Notes: generated by a model not told the origin, from the letters alone. DNA of 64,000 bases from an uncultured Gemmatimonadales bacterium (GCA_963809895.1 CAWELD010000003.1:1536001-1600000), one strand, 5' to 3'; positions 10,153-21,186 are shown, counted from the first letter of the stretch. Made by a program: numbers and translations.

Positions 10153-11934
10153 TCAGCCGGCCATGGGCAGGGTGAAGCGGAAGGTGCTCCCCCGCCCCAC
10201 CTCGCTGTCCACCCCCACTTCGCCGCCGTGGGCCTCCACGATGCCCCGGACGATGGCAAGGCCCAGTCCCGCTCCACCCCGCTCGCCGTGCTCCGGCTGC
10301 CAGAAGCGGTCGAAGAGGTGGGCGCGGTCTTCCTCGGGAATCCCCGATCCGTTGTCCGATACCCGGAGCGTCACGGTGCCGGCGTCGGGGTCGGCGACCG
10401 CGCCGAGCTCGATGACCCCGTGTTGGCCCGTGTGGCGCAGTGCGTTGGCCACGAGGTTGGAGAGCACCTGGAGGATGCGGTCCCGGTCGGCCTCGACGGG
10501 CGGCAGCTCACCCACACCGTCCTCGATGCACAGGGAGAGATCCTTCTCGACGGCACGCGGCTCGAAGAGCTCCGCCACCTCCACCAGCAGACCCTGAACC
10601 TCACAGGGTCCCGGCCGCACCGACAGCGCCCCGGCATCGATGCGCGCCACGTCCAGCAGGTCCTGGATGAGGCGGTTCATGCGCTCGGCGGCCCGCTGCA
10701 CGATCTCCAGCTGCTGGCGGCGTCGGTCCTCGGGCAGCGGAACGTCGAGCAGAAGCTCGGCGGCCGCCGACACCGATCCCAGGGGATTGCGGAGGTCGTG
10801 ACTCACGACCGCGAGGGTCTGCTCCCGGGCCTTCACGGCGTCCTGCAACGCCTTCTCGGCTTCCCGCACCTGGGTCATGTCCGTGAGCGTGAGTACCGCC
10901 CCCCGATGCCGGCGACCGTCCATCATGGGCCGCAGGGACCAGCGGATGGGGAACGCCCTTCCCCGTCGGTGGCGCGCCACATCGTCGCGTGCGGCCTCCA
11001 CCACACCCAGATGGACCGCCTCCATGAGGGGGCACTCGTCCTCGCCGTGATCGGCGACCCCCGTGGCTCCGCCGTGCACGAGCTCGTGGACCGAGCGGCC
11101 CCGGGCCTCCTCTTCCGTGAAGCCGAGCAGCCTCGTGCCGGTGGCGTTCAGCGAGATCGCGCGCCCGGCCAGGTCGACGCTCAGGACCCCGTCGCCCGTG
11201 GCCTCGAGCACGGCGTCGCTTTCGCGCCGCGCCCGTACAGCCTCTCTGCCTCGGACCTGCGCTTCGTGGACCAGGGTGCGCAGGCGGCGGCCCAGGAATC
11301 CCACCGCCACCGTCGCCCCCAGGGCCAGCGCCACCAACGCCACCGTCAGCCGCATCTGGAGCGAACGGGCCCCGTCCATGCGCTGGCGAGCGCGATCCAT
11401 GTCTTCGGCGAGGGTCTCCCGCAGGCGTTGGGCTCCGTTCAGGACCGCGTCGTAGCTCTGCTGGTCTTCGTCCACGCGGTCGAGAAACGCCTCCCGTCCC
11501 TGTTCGCTGGCGATGGCGTCGCGGTGGGCCAGGTGCCAGCTGCTGGACGTCGTGAACCAGGGCAGCACCTGCTCCCGTGTGCGCTGGTCGGCACGGCGCA
11601 GCAGGCTCTCCAGGCTGTCGGAGATCTCACCTTCGCGCACCACCAGGGCCTCGTAGCGGCGCCTCGACTCCGCGTCGCCCGTGAGCAGATACCGCTGGAA
11701 CCGCGTCATGGCCCGGGCCTGGGTGAGGGCCAGCTCGGTGGCCTGGTTCCGCGCCGGCTCCAGGACCTGGGAAATCTCGTCGTCGACCCGGGCCACCTGC
11801 TGACCGACCCAGAAGGGGATCCCCGCCAGCGCCAGCAGCGCCACCGCGATGAAGAGGAGGGTCCAGGTGCCCGCCTCCACCGGAGGCCGCTCGGCTGCGA
11901 CATCTGCCATGGGAGGGGTCTCGAAGGCGTTCAT
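10153..11934 (-). CDS. Membrane sensor histidine kinase with PAS domain
   Basis: Two TM helices, PAS region, SHDLRNPL H-box, N/G1/F/G2 boxes. Confidence 0.92.
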   Translation of the reverse strand: MNAFETPPMADVAAERPPVEAGTWTLLFIAVALLALAGIPFWVGQQVARVDDEISQVLEPARNQATELALTQARAMTRFQRYLLTGDAESRRRYEALVVREGEISDSLESLLRRADQRTREQVLPWFTTSSSWHLAHRDAIASEQGREAFLDRVDEDQQSYDAVLNGAQRLRETLAEDMDRARQRMDGARSLQMRLTVALVALALGATVAVGFLGRRLRTLVHEAQVRGREAVRARRESDAVLEATGDGVLSVDLAGRAISLNATGTRLLGFTEEEARGRSVHELVHGGATGVADHGEDECPLMEAVHLGVVEAARDDVARHRRGRAFPIRWSLRPMMDGRRHRGAVLTLTDMTQVREAEKALQDAVKAREQTLAVVSHDLRNPLGSVSAAAELLLDVPLPEDRRRQQLEIVQRAAERMNRLIQDLLDVARIDAGALSVRPGPCEVQGLLVEVAELFEPRAVEKDLSLCIEDGVGELPPVEADRDRILQVLSNLVANALRHTGQHGVIELGAVADPDAGTVTLRVSDNGSGIPEEDRAHLFDRFWQPEHGERGGAGLGLAIVRGIVEAHGGEVGVDSEVGRGSTFRFTLPMAG

Positions 11935-11999
11935 GATTCAGCTTAGCCGGGCCCGCGGTCCTGCGACAGTGGCGCCAGAACCCCCGGGGCGGGTCTCCC

Positions 12000-13169
12000 T
12001 CACTCCCCGACCGAGGCCGTGTGCGGGCGCAGCCTGGACATCATCACCGCGGCCAGCCGCTCGGACAGATCGGGTAGCCCGCGGGACAGGTGCGGCGGGG
12101 CGTCGGCCGGCGCGGACTGGTCGGTGACCACTGCCAGGAACCGCCCCGCGTCCGGATCGTCGGGCCGCCACATCGCCGGGCGATCCCCGGAAGCAGGGCC
12201 GGGAGCCCGGACCTCGACGGCCGGCACGGACTCGCGCTTCCAACCCTCCGCCACCACGATGTCCGCGTCGCGGGCGTAGCGGCGCACCAGCTCCGTCAAT
12301 CCCGGCTCACCGTCCGGCCCCCAATCCCCCATGACCACACCGTCCTGGGGCCCCGCCAGGACCACCCGCGCGGCGCCACCTTCGTGTCGGAGCCTCCACG
12401 AGTCGGTGCCCGGCGTGTCGATGTCGAAACCGTGCCCGTGCTTCACCGCCACGACGCGCAGACCTCGAGCCGTGAGCGCCTCCACGAGGCCCACGGCCAC
12501 CGTGGTCTTGCCCGCGTCCTTCCATCCCACCACCGACACCACGGGGGGCAGATCGTCCACCAACGACTCCGCCAGCGCGCGGTCGTCCGGGCGATTCACG
12601 TTCAGGAGGAGGAGCTCGGGCTCCAGGGACCGTCCCTCCGCCAGCTCCGCCGGGGCCAGCATGATGCGTCGCCCCACACCCTGGACCCAGCGGCGAGCCG
12701 AGCGGTCGCCGGCCCGGTCCAGATGCTCGGACAGACCCGGGAGCAGGCCCACGCCGTACACGCCGAGCAGCGGCTGCACCCGATCGGGCTCACCGGCCAC
12801 GGCAGCGGTATCCCGAGGCCGGGTCGAGGCGCGCCAGGCGCGCACCAGGCGGGCCACGGCCGCGGTGTCCACCAGGGGGAGATCGCAGGCGAGGACCACC
12901 GCCCCGTCCAGGCCCTCGTCGCCGGCCCAGGCCAGCGCGGCCTCCAACCCGGCCAGGGGACCGGCGCCCGGGCGTTGGTCGTCACGCCGGGGCACGTCCG
13001 GCGGAACGTGCGCCGACGCGCCCACCACGCCCAGGCGATCCACCGAGGGCGCCAGGGCGGCGAGGGCGCGCGCCAACAGCGAGCGCCCGCCGACGGTGGC
13101 CGCTTCCTTGGGGGATCCGTAGCGGCGGCTGTCCCCTCCGGCCAGCACCGCACCCAGCAGTCGGCTCAA
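12000..13169 (-). CDS. mobAB: Fused molybdenum cofactor guanylyltransferase MobA / MobB
   Basis: LAGGDSRRYG..K and LACDLP (MobA); VVGWKDAGKTT, VKHGH, AEGWK (MobB); TTGA overlap with fdhD. Confidence 0.85.
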   Translation of the reverse strand: MSRLLGAVLAGGDSRRYGSPKEAATVGGRSLLARALAALAPSVDRLGVVGASAHVPPDVPRRDDQRPGAGPLAGLEAALAWAGDEGLDGAVVLACDLPLVDTAAVARLVRAWRASTRPRDTAAVAGEPDRVQPLLGVYGVGLLPGLSEHLDRAGDRSARRWVQGVGRRIMLAPAELAEGRSLEPELLLLNVNRPDDRALAESLVDDLPPVVSVVGWKDAGKTTVAVGLVEALTARGLRVVAVKHGHGFDIDTPGTDSWRLRHEGGAARVVLAGPQDGVVMGDWGPDGEPGLTELVRRYARDADIVVAEGWKRESVPAVEVRAPGPASGDRPAMWRPDDPDAGRFLAVVTDQSAPADAPPHLSRGLPDLSERLAAVMMSRLRPHTASVGE

Positions 13170-14068
13170 GCTCCGGCTCCGTCCTCGCGGGCTGCAGCAT
13201 CGACGTCGTCGGATGCCACCACACGCTCCTCGCCCGTGTAGAGGTTGAACCCCCCCTTCCGGACGAAGCCGGCCAGCGTCATGCCGAACCGACGGGCCAG
13301 GTCCACGGCGAGGCTGGAGGGCGCGCTCACGGCCACGACCATGGGCACACCCGCCGCCAACGCCTTCTGGACGATCTCGAAGGACGAACGCCCGCTCACC
13401 ACCAGCGCGTGCTGGAGGAGTGGCAGACGCCCCTTGAGGAACGCTTCGCCCAGCACCTTGTCCACGGCGTTGTGGCGGCCCACGTCCTCCCGGGCCAGCC
13501 ACACCTCGCCCGACTGGTCCACCAGCCCCGCTGCGTGCAGCCCACCGGTGCGGTCGAAGTCACGCTGGGCGGCCCGCAGCCGGTTCGGAAGATCCGCCAC
13601 GGTGTCGGCGTCCAGCCGGATGCTCCCCTCCAGCGGGAGCGGCGCGCAGCCCTGGAGCTCCACCGCCTCCAGCGAGGCCTTGCCGCACACCCCGCACGAC
13701 GACGTCGTGTAGACGTTGCGGCTCAGGCGGTCCAGGTCCACGCCCTCGGCCCGCGCCAGGCGCACCTCGACGATGTTGTACTCCTGGTGGCCCTGCCCCG
13801 AGCGACAGTAGGTGAGCTCGCGGACGTCGCGCCGGTCGTGGAGGACGCCCTCGGTGAGCAGGAAGCCCGCCGCCAGCTCGAAGTCGTGGCCCGGCGTGCG
13901 CATGGTGACGGCCACGCTGGTGGAGGCCCATCCCGAGGGCGCCGGGAGCGCGACGCGCACCTCCAGCGGCTCCTCCACCGTCAACTCGTCCCGCACACTC
14001 CGGTCGTCGCGCCCGGGCCGGTGGCGGCGGACGGGAACCCTGACGACGCTACGACGGGGACGAGCCAC
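13166..14068 (-). CDS. fdhD: Formate dehydrogenase accessory sulfurtransferase FdhD
   Basis: TMRTPG, SSCGVCG, TGGLHAA, EDVGRHNAVDK. Confidence 0.95.
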   Translation of the reverse strand: MARPRRSVVRVPVRRHRPGRDDRSVRDELTVEEPLEVRVALPAPSGWASTSVAVTMRTPGHDFELAAGFLLTEGVLHDRRDVRELTYCRSGQGHQEYNIVEVRLARAEGVDLDRLSRNVYTTSSCGVCGKASLEAVELQGCAPLPLEGSIRLDADTVADLPNRLRAAQRDFDRTGGLHAAGLVDQSGEVWLAREDVGRHNAVDKVLGEAFLKGRLPLLQHALVVSGRSSFEIVQKALAAGVPMVVAVSAPSSLAVDLARRFGMTLAGFVRKGGFNLYTGEERVVASDDVDAAAREDGAGA

Positions 14069-14083
14069 GGCGAACCTCGAAGC

Positions 14084-14575
14084 CTACAGGAAGATGGCTC
14101 GCACGACCCAGATCACCAGCCAACCGAGGAGCGCCGTGAAGACGGCCTTGCCGGTGCTGAAATCCAGGGCCTGGCGAATCCCCACGACGCCCGCCACCAG
14201 CATCCACACGGCGACGACGGGCAGGATGAGCCAGCCGAGCAGCGGCACGATGGCCAGAAGCGCGAGGACGCCGGGCGCCTGGGCGAAGCCGAGGGTCCGG
14301 AGTAGCTCGCCCCAGGTCGCGGTCCCCCGGAACAGCCGGGTGCCGATGAAGTAGGTGACCCCCGCCCACACCACCCAGCCCACGAGCTGGGTGACCCCGA
14401 CGCCGACGATGCGCAGGGGTCCGAGCCCCAGCGCGCCCACGGCCTGGCAGGCGGCGACGATGACCACCACCGCCGCGGCCTGCCCCGTGGCGGTTTCGTC
14501 GTGCTCCACCTCCTCGTACACCGAGAGGTCGAGGGTGGCGGCGCCCATCATGCGGTCGGTGAGGCTGCGTGCCAT
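14084..14575 (-). CDS. YIP1-family membrane protein
   Basis: YEEVEHD...QA motif, about five TM helices; GGAGGAG RBS. Confidence 0.75.
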   Translation of the reverse strand: MARSLTDRMMGAATLDLSVYEEVEHDETATGQAAAVVVIVAACQAVGALGLGPLRIVGVGVTQLVGWVVWAGVTYFIGTRLFRGTATWGELLRTLGFAQAPGVLALLAIVPLLGWLILPVVAVWMLVAGVVGIRQALDFSTGKAVFTALLGWLVIWVVRAIFL

Positions 14576-14970
14576 GGCGTCTCCTCCGGAAGTGGGGATT
14601 GGGGGCCGAGCTCTGCGGGACGCCCCACACCTCCGGCGCCCCCTCCCGATGATGGCGCAGGGCCGCCGCCCGGCGCCAGGGTCCGCGCCCGCAGCCAGCT
14701 CCACCGCCAGGAGCACCGCGGCTTGTACGCGTGGGTCTTCATCTGCGTTCCCGGGGGACTGCACGAGCGGCGTCAGGAAGGGCGGACCGAGGGGATTGCG
14801 CTCACCGACGCGCAGGGGACCGACGGTCGCGCGGCGGCAGCGTCTCGCTCCGCAGGCGCCGAGGCGGAGGCCGCGTCTCCGTCGACATGGACACAGGGGC
14901 CCGGACATGCAAGAATGGGAGTCTGGAACAAGCGCGCGCACCGACCAAGGTCTCTCCAAGAAGAGCTCCG

Positions 14971-15966
14971 ATGATCTCGACCTCCACGCCCACGGCTGGG
15001 CCCCACGCCGACCCTCTCCGCACCCACGCCAAGGCCGACACCTGGTTCCGGCTGCGGAGTCCGCAGGAGCTGCCCGATCAGCTCCGCGATCTGGCGCACC
15101 GGGAGCTCGACCTGGCGGCGGAAGGTCTGTGGGTGTCGCCGGGGCCGGCGCTGGACGCGGGCGTGCTCTATGCCCGCAGCGCGGTGGAGAAGGTGCGCAC
15201 GTTGCTGCGTCTGGTACGGGCGGGAATCCCCAAGAAGGTCAGGAAGGACCACAACGGCCGCCTCAAGGCGCTGGTGCGCCAACTGGCCGAAGCCCGCGAC
15301 ACCGGGACGCTGGAAGACGTGGTCGAGCGTCTGCGCCAGGCCACCCGCGAGCCCGAGCTTCGCGACGGCCTCATGGTCCTCGGGGGTCGCCTGGCCGAGC
15401 GCCGTTACCGGGACAGCGCCGCCCACCGGGACGGGCACCTGCTGTCGCCCATCCGGGAGGAGCTGGAGCGCCTGGATGCGGAGGTTCTGACGTGGCCGCT
15501 GGAGGGTGACGGATTCGCCCTGCTCGCCCCGGGTCTGGCCCGGGTGCAGCGCCGCGCCGCCAAGGCCATGCAGAAGGTGGCCGACGGCAAGACCTCGGCC
15601 AAGCGCCACCGCAAGTGGATGCGCCGCTCCCGGGAGCTGGGATACGCCGTGCGCTTGCTGGAGCCCACCTGGCCCTGCCCCCTCAATGCGCTGGGTCACG
15701 AGATCGATCGCATGTCCGGACGGCTGCAGGAGGCCGACGAGCTCGACCGCCTGCTGCGGCTTGCCAAGGCCGACGAGACCCTGTTCGCGGCCCTCCCCGA
15801 CGACGCCCTCGTGGAGCGCGTGGGACGGCTTCGGGACCGCTTCCGCACCGAGGCCCTTCTCACTGGACGCCGGATCTTCGCCGATTCCCCCGACGGATTC
15901 CGGAATCGTGTGGGCTGCTGGTACTCGGCCTGGTCCGACGAGGCCGGACACGCCACCGAGAACTGA
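14971..15966 (+). CDS. CHAD domain protein
   Basis: Helical, degenerate CHAD motifs (RSAVEKVRTLLRL, LAEARD, RHRKWMRRSRELGY). Confidence 0.7.
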   Translation: MISTSTPTAGPHADPLRTHAKADTWFRLRSPQELPDQLRDLAHRELDLAAEGLWVSPGPALDAGVLYARSAVEKVRTLLRLVRAGIPKKVRKDHNGRLKALVRQLAEARDTGTLEDVVERLRQATREPELRDGLMVLGGRLAERRYRDSAAHRDGHLLSPIREELERLDAEVLTWPLEGDGFALLAPGLARVQRRAAKAMQKVADGKTSAKRHRKWMRRSRELGYAVRLLEPTWPCPLNALGHEIDRMSGRLQEADELDRLLRLAKADETLFAALPDDALVERVGRLRDRFRTEALLTGRRIFADSPDGFRNRVGCWYSAWSDEAGHATEN

Positions 15967-16045
15967 TCGTCGCGTTTCCCCGCGAGGAACCCATTCTGCC
16001 GATCGGCGCACACCTCGCCGCGAGCACGTCCCCGGAGCGTCGCGC

Positions 16046-16098
16046 TTGACATCCGCGCTGAGTGCTACAAAAATAGCATGGTGCTAATTTCGTAGCAC
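16046..16098 (+). promoter_or_regulatory. blaI promoter with two palindromic operators
   Basis: TTGACA at 16046-16051; TGCTA-N6-TAGCA at 16063-16078 and GTGCTA-N6-TAGCAC at 16081-16098. Confidence 0.75.
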
Positions 16099-16140
16099 GT
16101 GAAGGACAGCGACGTGAACCGGCCCGATTCCGGGGGACCC

Positions 16141-16530
16141 ATGCAGGACCGACCATACACCGATCTGAGTCGCCGCGAGCGCCAGATCATGGACATCCTC
16201 TATCGGCTGGGCTCCGCGGCGGTGGCGGAGGTCCAGGCCGAGCTTCCCGATCCCCCGAGCTATTCGGCGGTGCGCGCCATGCTCGGGAAGCTGGAGGACA
16301 AGGGCCATCTGAAACACACGCAGGACGGCGCCCGGTACGTGTATCATCCGAGCCATCCCAGAGAAGAGGCCCGAGAGTCGGCCGTGCGGCGCCTGCTGCG
16401 CACCTTCTTCGACGGGTCACCGACCCGGGCGGTGGCGGCGGTGCTGGACCTGTCGGACGAGGCGATGGACGAGGCGGAGCTGGATCGGTTGGCCGAGATG
16501 ATCGACGAAGCGCGAGCGAGGGGGCGGTGA
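16141..16530 (+). CDS. BlaI/MecI/CopY family repressor
   Basis: LSRRERQIMDILY, YSAVRAML..LEDKG, FFDGS. Confidence 0.92.
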   Translation: MQDRPYTDLSRRERQIMDILYRLGSAAVAEVQAELPDPPSYSAVRAMLGKLEDKGHLKHTQDGARYVYHPSHPREEARESAVRRLLRTFFDGSPTRAVAAVLDLSDEAMDEAELDRLAEMIDEARARGR

Positions 16531-19080
16531 TGAACGTGACGATGACGTGGAATCCGACGGGACTGAGCGGCCTGCTTCTGGAGACGGGGCTCAGGAGCCT
16601 CCTGCTGCTCTCTCTGGTGGCGGGCGTGGCGTTGCTGCTCCGCCGGGAGTCGGCGGCCAGCCGGCACCTGGCGTGGTTCGCGGGATTGGCGGGCGTGCTC
16701 CTCCTCCCCTTGGCGACCCTGGGGCTGCCACGATGGCACCTGCCGGTACCGGCTTCGGCGTCGGAGCATGCGGCGTCGGTGATGGGCTCACTGGCGCCGG
16801 CGCGCGGACCGGCCCCCCGAGGCGCGGCGGTGGACGCCCCGGCATCGCGGTTGGAGGCCGGGCCCCCGGTGAGCGCGGTGGCTCCGACGGCTTCCGCGCA
16901 GCGCGAATCGTCGGCGCCGCGCCCCCTCGACGCGTCGGTGGCCGCCGGCGAGGAGACGCCGCCGAGCCTCCCCCTCCCCACCCTGCTGCGCACTGGTATG
17001 GGCGATCGGCGCGGGGCTGCTCCTGGTGCGGCTCGCCGCCAACCATGTCGCGACCCGCCGCCTCGAGCGGGGCACCGTGGCCTTTCCCGACGGTCGCGTG
17101 ACCCGCGAGACGGCGGCCATGGCCACCCTCCTGGGCCTGGACCGCCCGGTGCGCATGCTGCGGGGTGCGGAAGGCACCATGCCGGTGAGCTGGGGCCTGG
17201 TGCGCGCGACGGTGCTCCTGCCTGCGGGTGCGGAACGCTGGCATCCCTCGCGCCTGAGGGCGGTGCTCCTGCATGAGCTGGCGCACGTGGCGCGCCACGA
17301 CTGCGCCACGCAGGCCCTGGCCGACGCGGCCCAGGCCCTGTACTGGCCAAACCCCCTGGCCTGGGTCGCCGCGTGGCGGCTCCGGGTCGAGCGCGAGCAT
17401 GCCTGCGACGACCGCGTGCTGGAAGCCGGTGCCCGGGCGTCGGAGTACGCCCGCGAGCTCCTGTCGCTGGCCCGGGGATTCCAGGCGGGCCCCGCGCTGT
17501 CCACGGCGGCGGTGGCCATGGCACGGCCGGGCCGCCTGGCGAGCCGGCTCCGGGCCGTGCTGGCCGAAGGGCGCCGGCGCTCGTTGTCCCGCACTGCCGC
17601 GCTGGCCGTGACGGCGGGTGCGGTGCTGCTCACCGGGGCGGCCTCGGCGGCCACGCCGGCGGTGGCGGCTCCCGCGGCCGGGCCTGCAGAGACGACCGCG
17701 GCAGCCTCCCGGACGACGCCCAGCGCTCCCGCCGCCGACCAGGCCTCGGGGCCCGCCCCGCTGGCGCTTCCGCCGCAGGCGATGACCTGCGGCATGGAAG
17801 CCACCGGGTGGCAGAGCATGTCCCACCACTCCGACGACGGCCGTGAGCGCCTGCAGTGGTCCAAGCCCGGGTGCGAGGTCGACGTGCGCGTCGAGGGTGA
17901 GGTCCGCTTCAGCGACGACTTCATGGACGTGGCGAGCCTCGGCCGCAACGCCCTGTTCCGCATCGAGGAGAACGAGGGCCGCACCGAGCGCCGTCTCGAC
18001 GTCACGCCGGGATCCGGCGGCGACCCGACCTACGAGTACCGTGTGGACGGCCGCACGGAGCCCTTCGACGCCCAGGCGCGCGCCTGGTACCAGGGCATGC
18101 TCCTGCAGGTCTTCCGGCGGGGCGGCTACATGGCCGAAGAGCGCGTCGCCGCCCTGCTCAGGACCGGCGGCGTGGACGCCGTCCTCCAGGAGCTCGACCT
18201 CATCCCCTCGGACTACGTGTCGGCGCGCTACGTCGAAGAGCTCATGCGCCAGGCCGACCTCAGCGAGGGCCAGGTCGTGCAACTGGTGGACGAGGCGAGA
18301 GACCGGGTGGACTCCGACCACTACCTGGCCGGGATCCTGACGGCGCTGGCCGAGAACCACGATCTGACCAGTCCGGTCATGGACGCCTTCCTGAGGGCGT
18401 CACGCTCGCTGGACTCCGACCACTACCGGGCCCAGGTCCTCACCACGGCGCTGGACAAGGGCACGCTGCAGACGGGACAGGTGGAGGCGCTGCTGGCGTC
18501 GGCCTCGGAGATCGACTCCGATCACTACCTGGCCCAGATCCTGGACTCGGTCGCCGAGCGCTACGCGCTGAACCCGTCCATGCGCGGCGCGTACCTGCGG
18601 GCCGTGGAGTCCATCGAGTCCGACCACTACCGCACCCAGGTGCTGTCCGGGCTCCTGGACCGCGGTGACCTGGACGCGGGCGAGCTGTCCGAGGTGCTAC
18701 GCGCCGCCGGGTCCATCGAATCCGATCACTACGTCACCGAGATCCTCAGGAAGGCCTCGACCCGGGAGCTGTCGGGCCCGCTCCAGGACGCCTACCTCGA
18801 CGTGGCCCGGGGCATCGAATCCGACCACTACAAGGCGGAGGCGCTGACCCTGCTGGTGCGGCGCGACCAGGTTTCGAGCGGGTTGTTGGCAGGCGTGCTG
18901 GACGCCACGAGCTCCATCGCGAGCGACCACTACAAGGCCGGCCTCCTGGTGGAGATCGCCCAGCGTCACACGCTGAGCGGCGACCTGCGCGACGCCTACA
19001 TGCGAGCCATGGACAGCGTCGGATCCAAGACCTACCGGGGCCGGGTGGCCGAAGCGCTCCTGGATCAGGGGGGCGACTAG
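16527..19080 (+). CDS. BlaR1-like M56 peptidase with C-terminal helical repeats (one frameshift near 16989)
   Basis: SAASRH..W N-terminus, HELAH, EREHACDD; removing one base at ~16989 joins PLPTLL to ALVWAIG. Confidence 0.85.
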
Positions 19081-19119
19081 CGTCGGCTCCGGGGGTCGTC
19101 CCCGGCGAAGTGGTAGGAA

Positions 19120-19195
19120 TGGGCGCTGAGGGATTCGAACCCCCGACCTCCTGCTTGTAAGGCAGGCGCTCTAAACCAAGCTGAGCTAAGCGCCC
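19120..19195 (-). tRNA. tRNA-Val(TAC)
   Basis: GGGCGCTTAGCTCAGCTTGGTTTAGAGCGCCTGCCTTACAAGCAGGAGGTCGGGGGTTCGAATCCCTCAGCGCCCA folds as a cloverleaf with anticodon TAC; CCA not encoded. Confidence 0.97.
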
Positions 19196-19202
19196 TCGGG
19201 GT
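19153..19202. repeat. att site, left copy (tRNA 5' half plus 7 nt leader)
   Basis: Matches 36817-36866 at 49/50 positions (19179 A vs 36843 G). Confidence 0.95.
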
Positions 19203-19260
19203 GTTTGCCGCTAATCCACGCGACAAACGGGGCTGACAAACCTAGCGGAAGTACGGGCGG

Positions 19261-19282
19261 TGTGCACGTAGCTGTGCACGTT
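19261..19282. promoter_or_regulatory. Putative integrase arm-type sites (left)
   Basis: TGTGCAC at 19261 and 19273 (12-bp period); the same arrangement occurs at 36691/36703. Confidence 0.7.
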
Positions 19283-20526
19283 CACGCCCGCTCCCGAAGC
19301 TCACCGCCGCCGAGCACGACGTTGAGCATCGTCTCGGGGTCGGCCTGCTGGTACGAGTCCTTGAGCGCCTTCGTGCTCTTCCAGCCGCCGGCCGCCGCAA
19401 CATCCACGTCGGGTAGGTGCTTCCGCTCCGTGGCCCACTTCCTTCGGTAGGCGTGCCAGAGGGAGCCGTTTTGCGGTTCGACGCCGGCCAGCTTCTCACC
19501 GGCCCTCAGCCACTTATCTGCGAGGTGGCGGGTCATGGGCTGTTCCCGGTCCTCCGGCGACGGGAACAAGGGCGCCGCGCCGATGCCCGGCCGGTCCTTG
19601 CGGATACGGTCGAGCGCAGCCCGCACCGCCGGTCCGATCGGGACGACGGTCTCGCGGTTCGTCTTGTCGGTCTCCGCTGGCCAGCGGATCGCTCCGTGGG
19701 GTCCTTCGTCCAGCAGGAGGTCTCGGTACCGCAGGGCGCACACGGCGGAGATTCGCCGGCCAGTGCCGTTCACGATGTCGAGCAGCTCGCTCAGGTAGCT
19801 CCGTTGCGCCTTTCGCTGGTCCGTCCAGCGCGCCTCCATCTCGACTTGGTCCGACACTGCCCGGATGGCTTCGTATCGGTCCTGCGTCGCCACAGGGCGC
19901 CGAGGGTTCTCTTCGTGCGGTGCGTCGAAGCCTCGGACGGGGTTCTCGCGCATGAGGTAGTGGCCCTCGGGCATGCGCCACTTCGAGGCCCAATTGAACA
20001 CCCACCGCAGCCACTTGCAGTCGGCCTCCACGGTCCGGGCGCGCACCGGCCGGGGCTTGGTGTCACCCTTGGGACGTCGGCCTCGCGCGTCGATCATGCC
20101 GGACGCCCGAGCGTCGATGAACCGCTCCCAGTCCCGCAGGGCCACGTCGTGCGGGTCCAGATCACTTCCGAGGACCCGAAGCCACATCTCGAACCGTCGC
20201 TCGTCGGCGCGCTGCTCGCGCTGGCTCTTGCGCGGCGTCCTGTGGCGCCTGTAAAGGCCGAAGACTTCACCGAGGGTGGTCTCCCCCTTCGAGTGCCGTT
20301 CATCGGCGTCAGCGACGCATGCAGCCTGCTTCAGGGCGTAGGCCTTCGCACGGTCCCGGTCCCGGTAGCCCAATGAGCGCCGAACGTGTGCTCCGGCGTC
20401 CCCTTTGTTGGGGTCCCAGTACCGGACGTACAGCGGTCCCCCCGGGGTGCGCTCGTAGACGGTGATGGTGTTCGGGCGGTCCCCCGCCGAGAACGACCAT
20501 CGCTTCCGCTTCTTCCGCTTCACCAC
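19282..20526 (-). CDS. Tyrosine integrase
   Basis: Catalytic R (GTGRRIS), K (DKT), HAYRR, GGW, Y; next to the tRNA att site. Confidence 0.92.
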   Translation of the reverse strand: MVKRKKRKRWSFSAGDRPNTITVYERTPGGPLYVRYWDPNKGDAGAHVRRSLGYRDRDRAKAYALKQAACVADADERHSKGETTLGEVFGLYRRHRTPRKSQREQRADERRFEMWLRVLGSDLDPHDVALRDWERFIDARASGMIDARGRRPKGDTKPRPVRARTVEADCKWLRWVFNWASKWRMPEGHYLMRENPVRGFDAPHEENPRRPVATQDRYEAIRAVSDQVEMEARWTDQRKAQRSYLSELLDIVNGTGRRISAVCALRYRDLLLDEGPHGAIRWPAETDKTNRETVVPIGPAVRAALDRIRKDRPGIGAAPLFPSPEDREQPMTRHLADKWLRAGEKLAGVEPQNGSLWHAYRRKWATERKHLPDVDVAAAGGWKSTKALKDSYQQADPETMLNVVLGGGELRERA

Positions 20527-20599
20527 GATCCCTCCTGATGCTGTAGGCGAGTGGCGAGAGCCTCATGCCCCCGCTCACGCCTATCCTGCGGTCCATCCT

Positions 20600-20971
20600 T
20601 CATGACGCAAGCCTCGTCTCGCGAAGCTCGGCGGCGATGTCGGGGCCGTCCTGACTCGCGGCGCCGGGGAATGAGGGGTGGTTCGGGCGGGTGGGTAGGT
20701 CGCAGCGCCGGATGCGTGGGCTCCCCGACTCGCCGGCGTTGGGGATCTTGCCTTCGGCGACTCTCTGCTGGAGCGTCGAGTACGCGTAGCCGGACTCCTC
20801 GGCGGCCTCCTGGAGCGTGAGTGACTGCGTCCGCCACGCGTGGATGGCATCGTCCAACTCGCCAGCGTAGCTGCGGGCCATGGATGCAGCGTCGTCCAGC
20901 CCCCTTCGGTCGAACGTCTCCGCCTCGTCGAGCCAGCGCTCGCATAGGTCGTGCAGGGGCTCCACGTTCAC
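20600..20971 (-). CDS. Excisionase-like HTH protein
   Basis: LTLQEAAEESGYAYSTLQQRVAEGKIP...RIRRCDL winged-helix pattern; upstream of the integrase. Confidence 0.75.
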   Translation of the reverse strand: MNVEPLHDLCERWLDEAETFDRRGLDDAASMARSYAGELDDAIHAWRTQSLTLQEAAEESGYAYSTLQQRVAEGKIPNAGESGSPRIRRCDLPTRPNHPSFPGAASQDGPDIAAELRETRLAS

Positions 20972-21186
20972 GGCGCGGGCACCGCCTCGGGCTCGGGGCT
21001 GCTATCCACTTCGGCGTCGTGACGTTGACGACGGCACCACTTTCGCGACCCGAACTGCGCCGCGCCGACTAGGTTTGCTTGAGCCTGAATGGAATCAACA
21101 TCATGGACGCGGACGCCAATCCACCTCGGTGGATCGAGGGCCTGGCGTCGCTCGCAGGGCGAATTCAACGAACCGGGTGCACTCAT
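20968..21186 (-). CDS. Small hypothetical protein
   Basis: ATGA and GTGA overlaps with both neighbours. Confidence 0.4.
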   Translation of the reverse strand: MSAPGSLNSPCERRQALDPPRWIGVRVHDVDSIQAQANLVGAAQFGSRKWCRRQRHDAEVDSSPEPEAVPAP

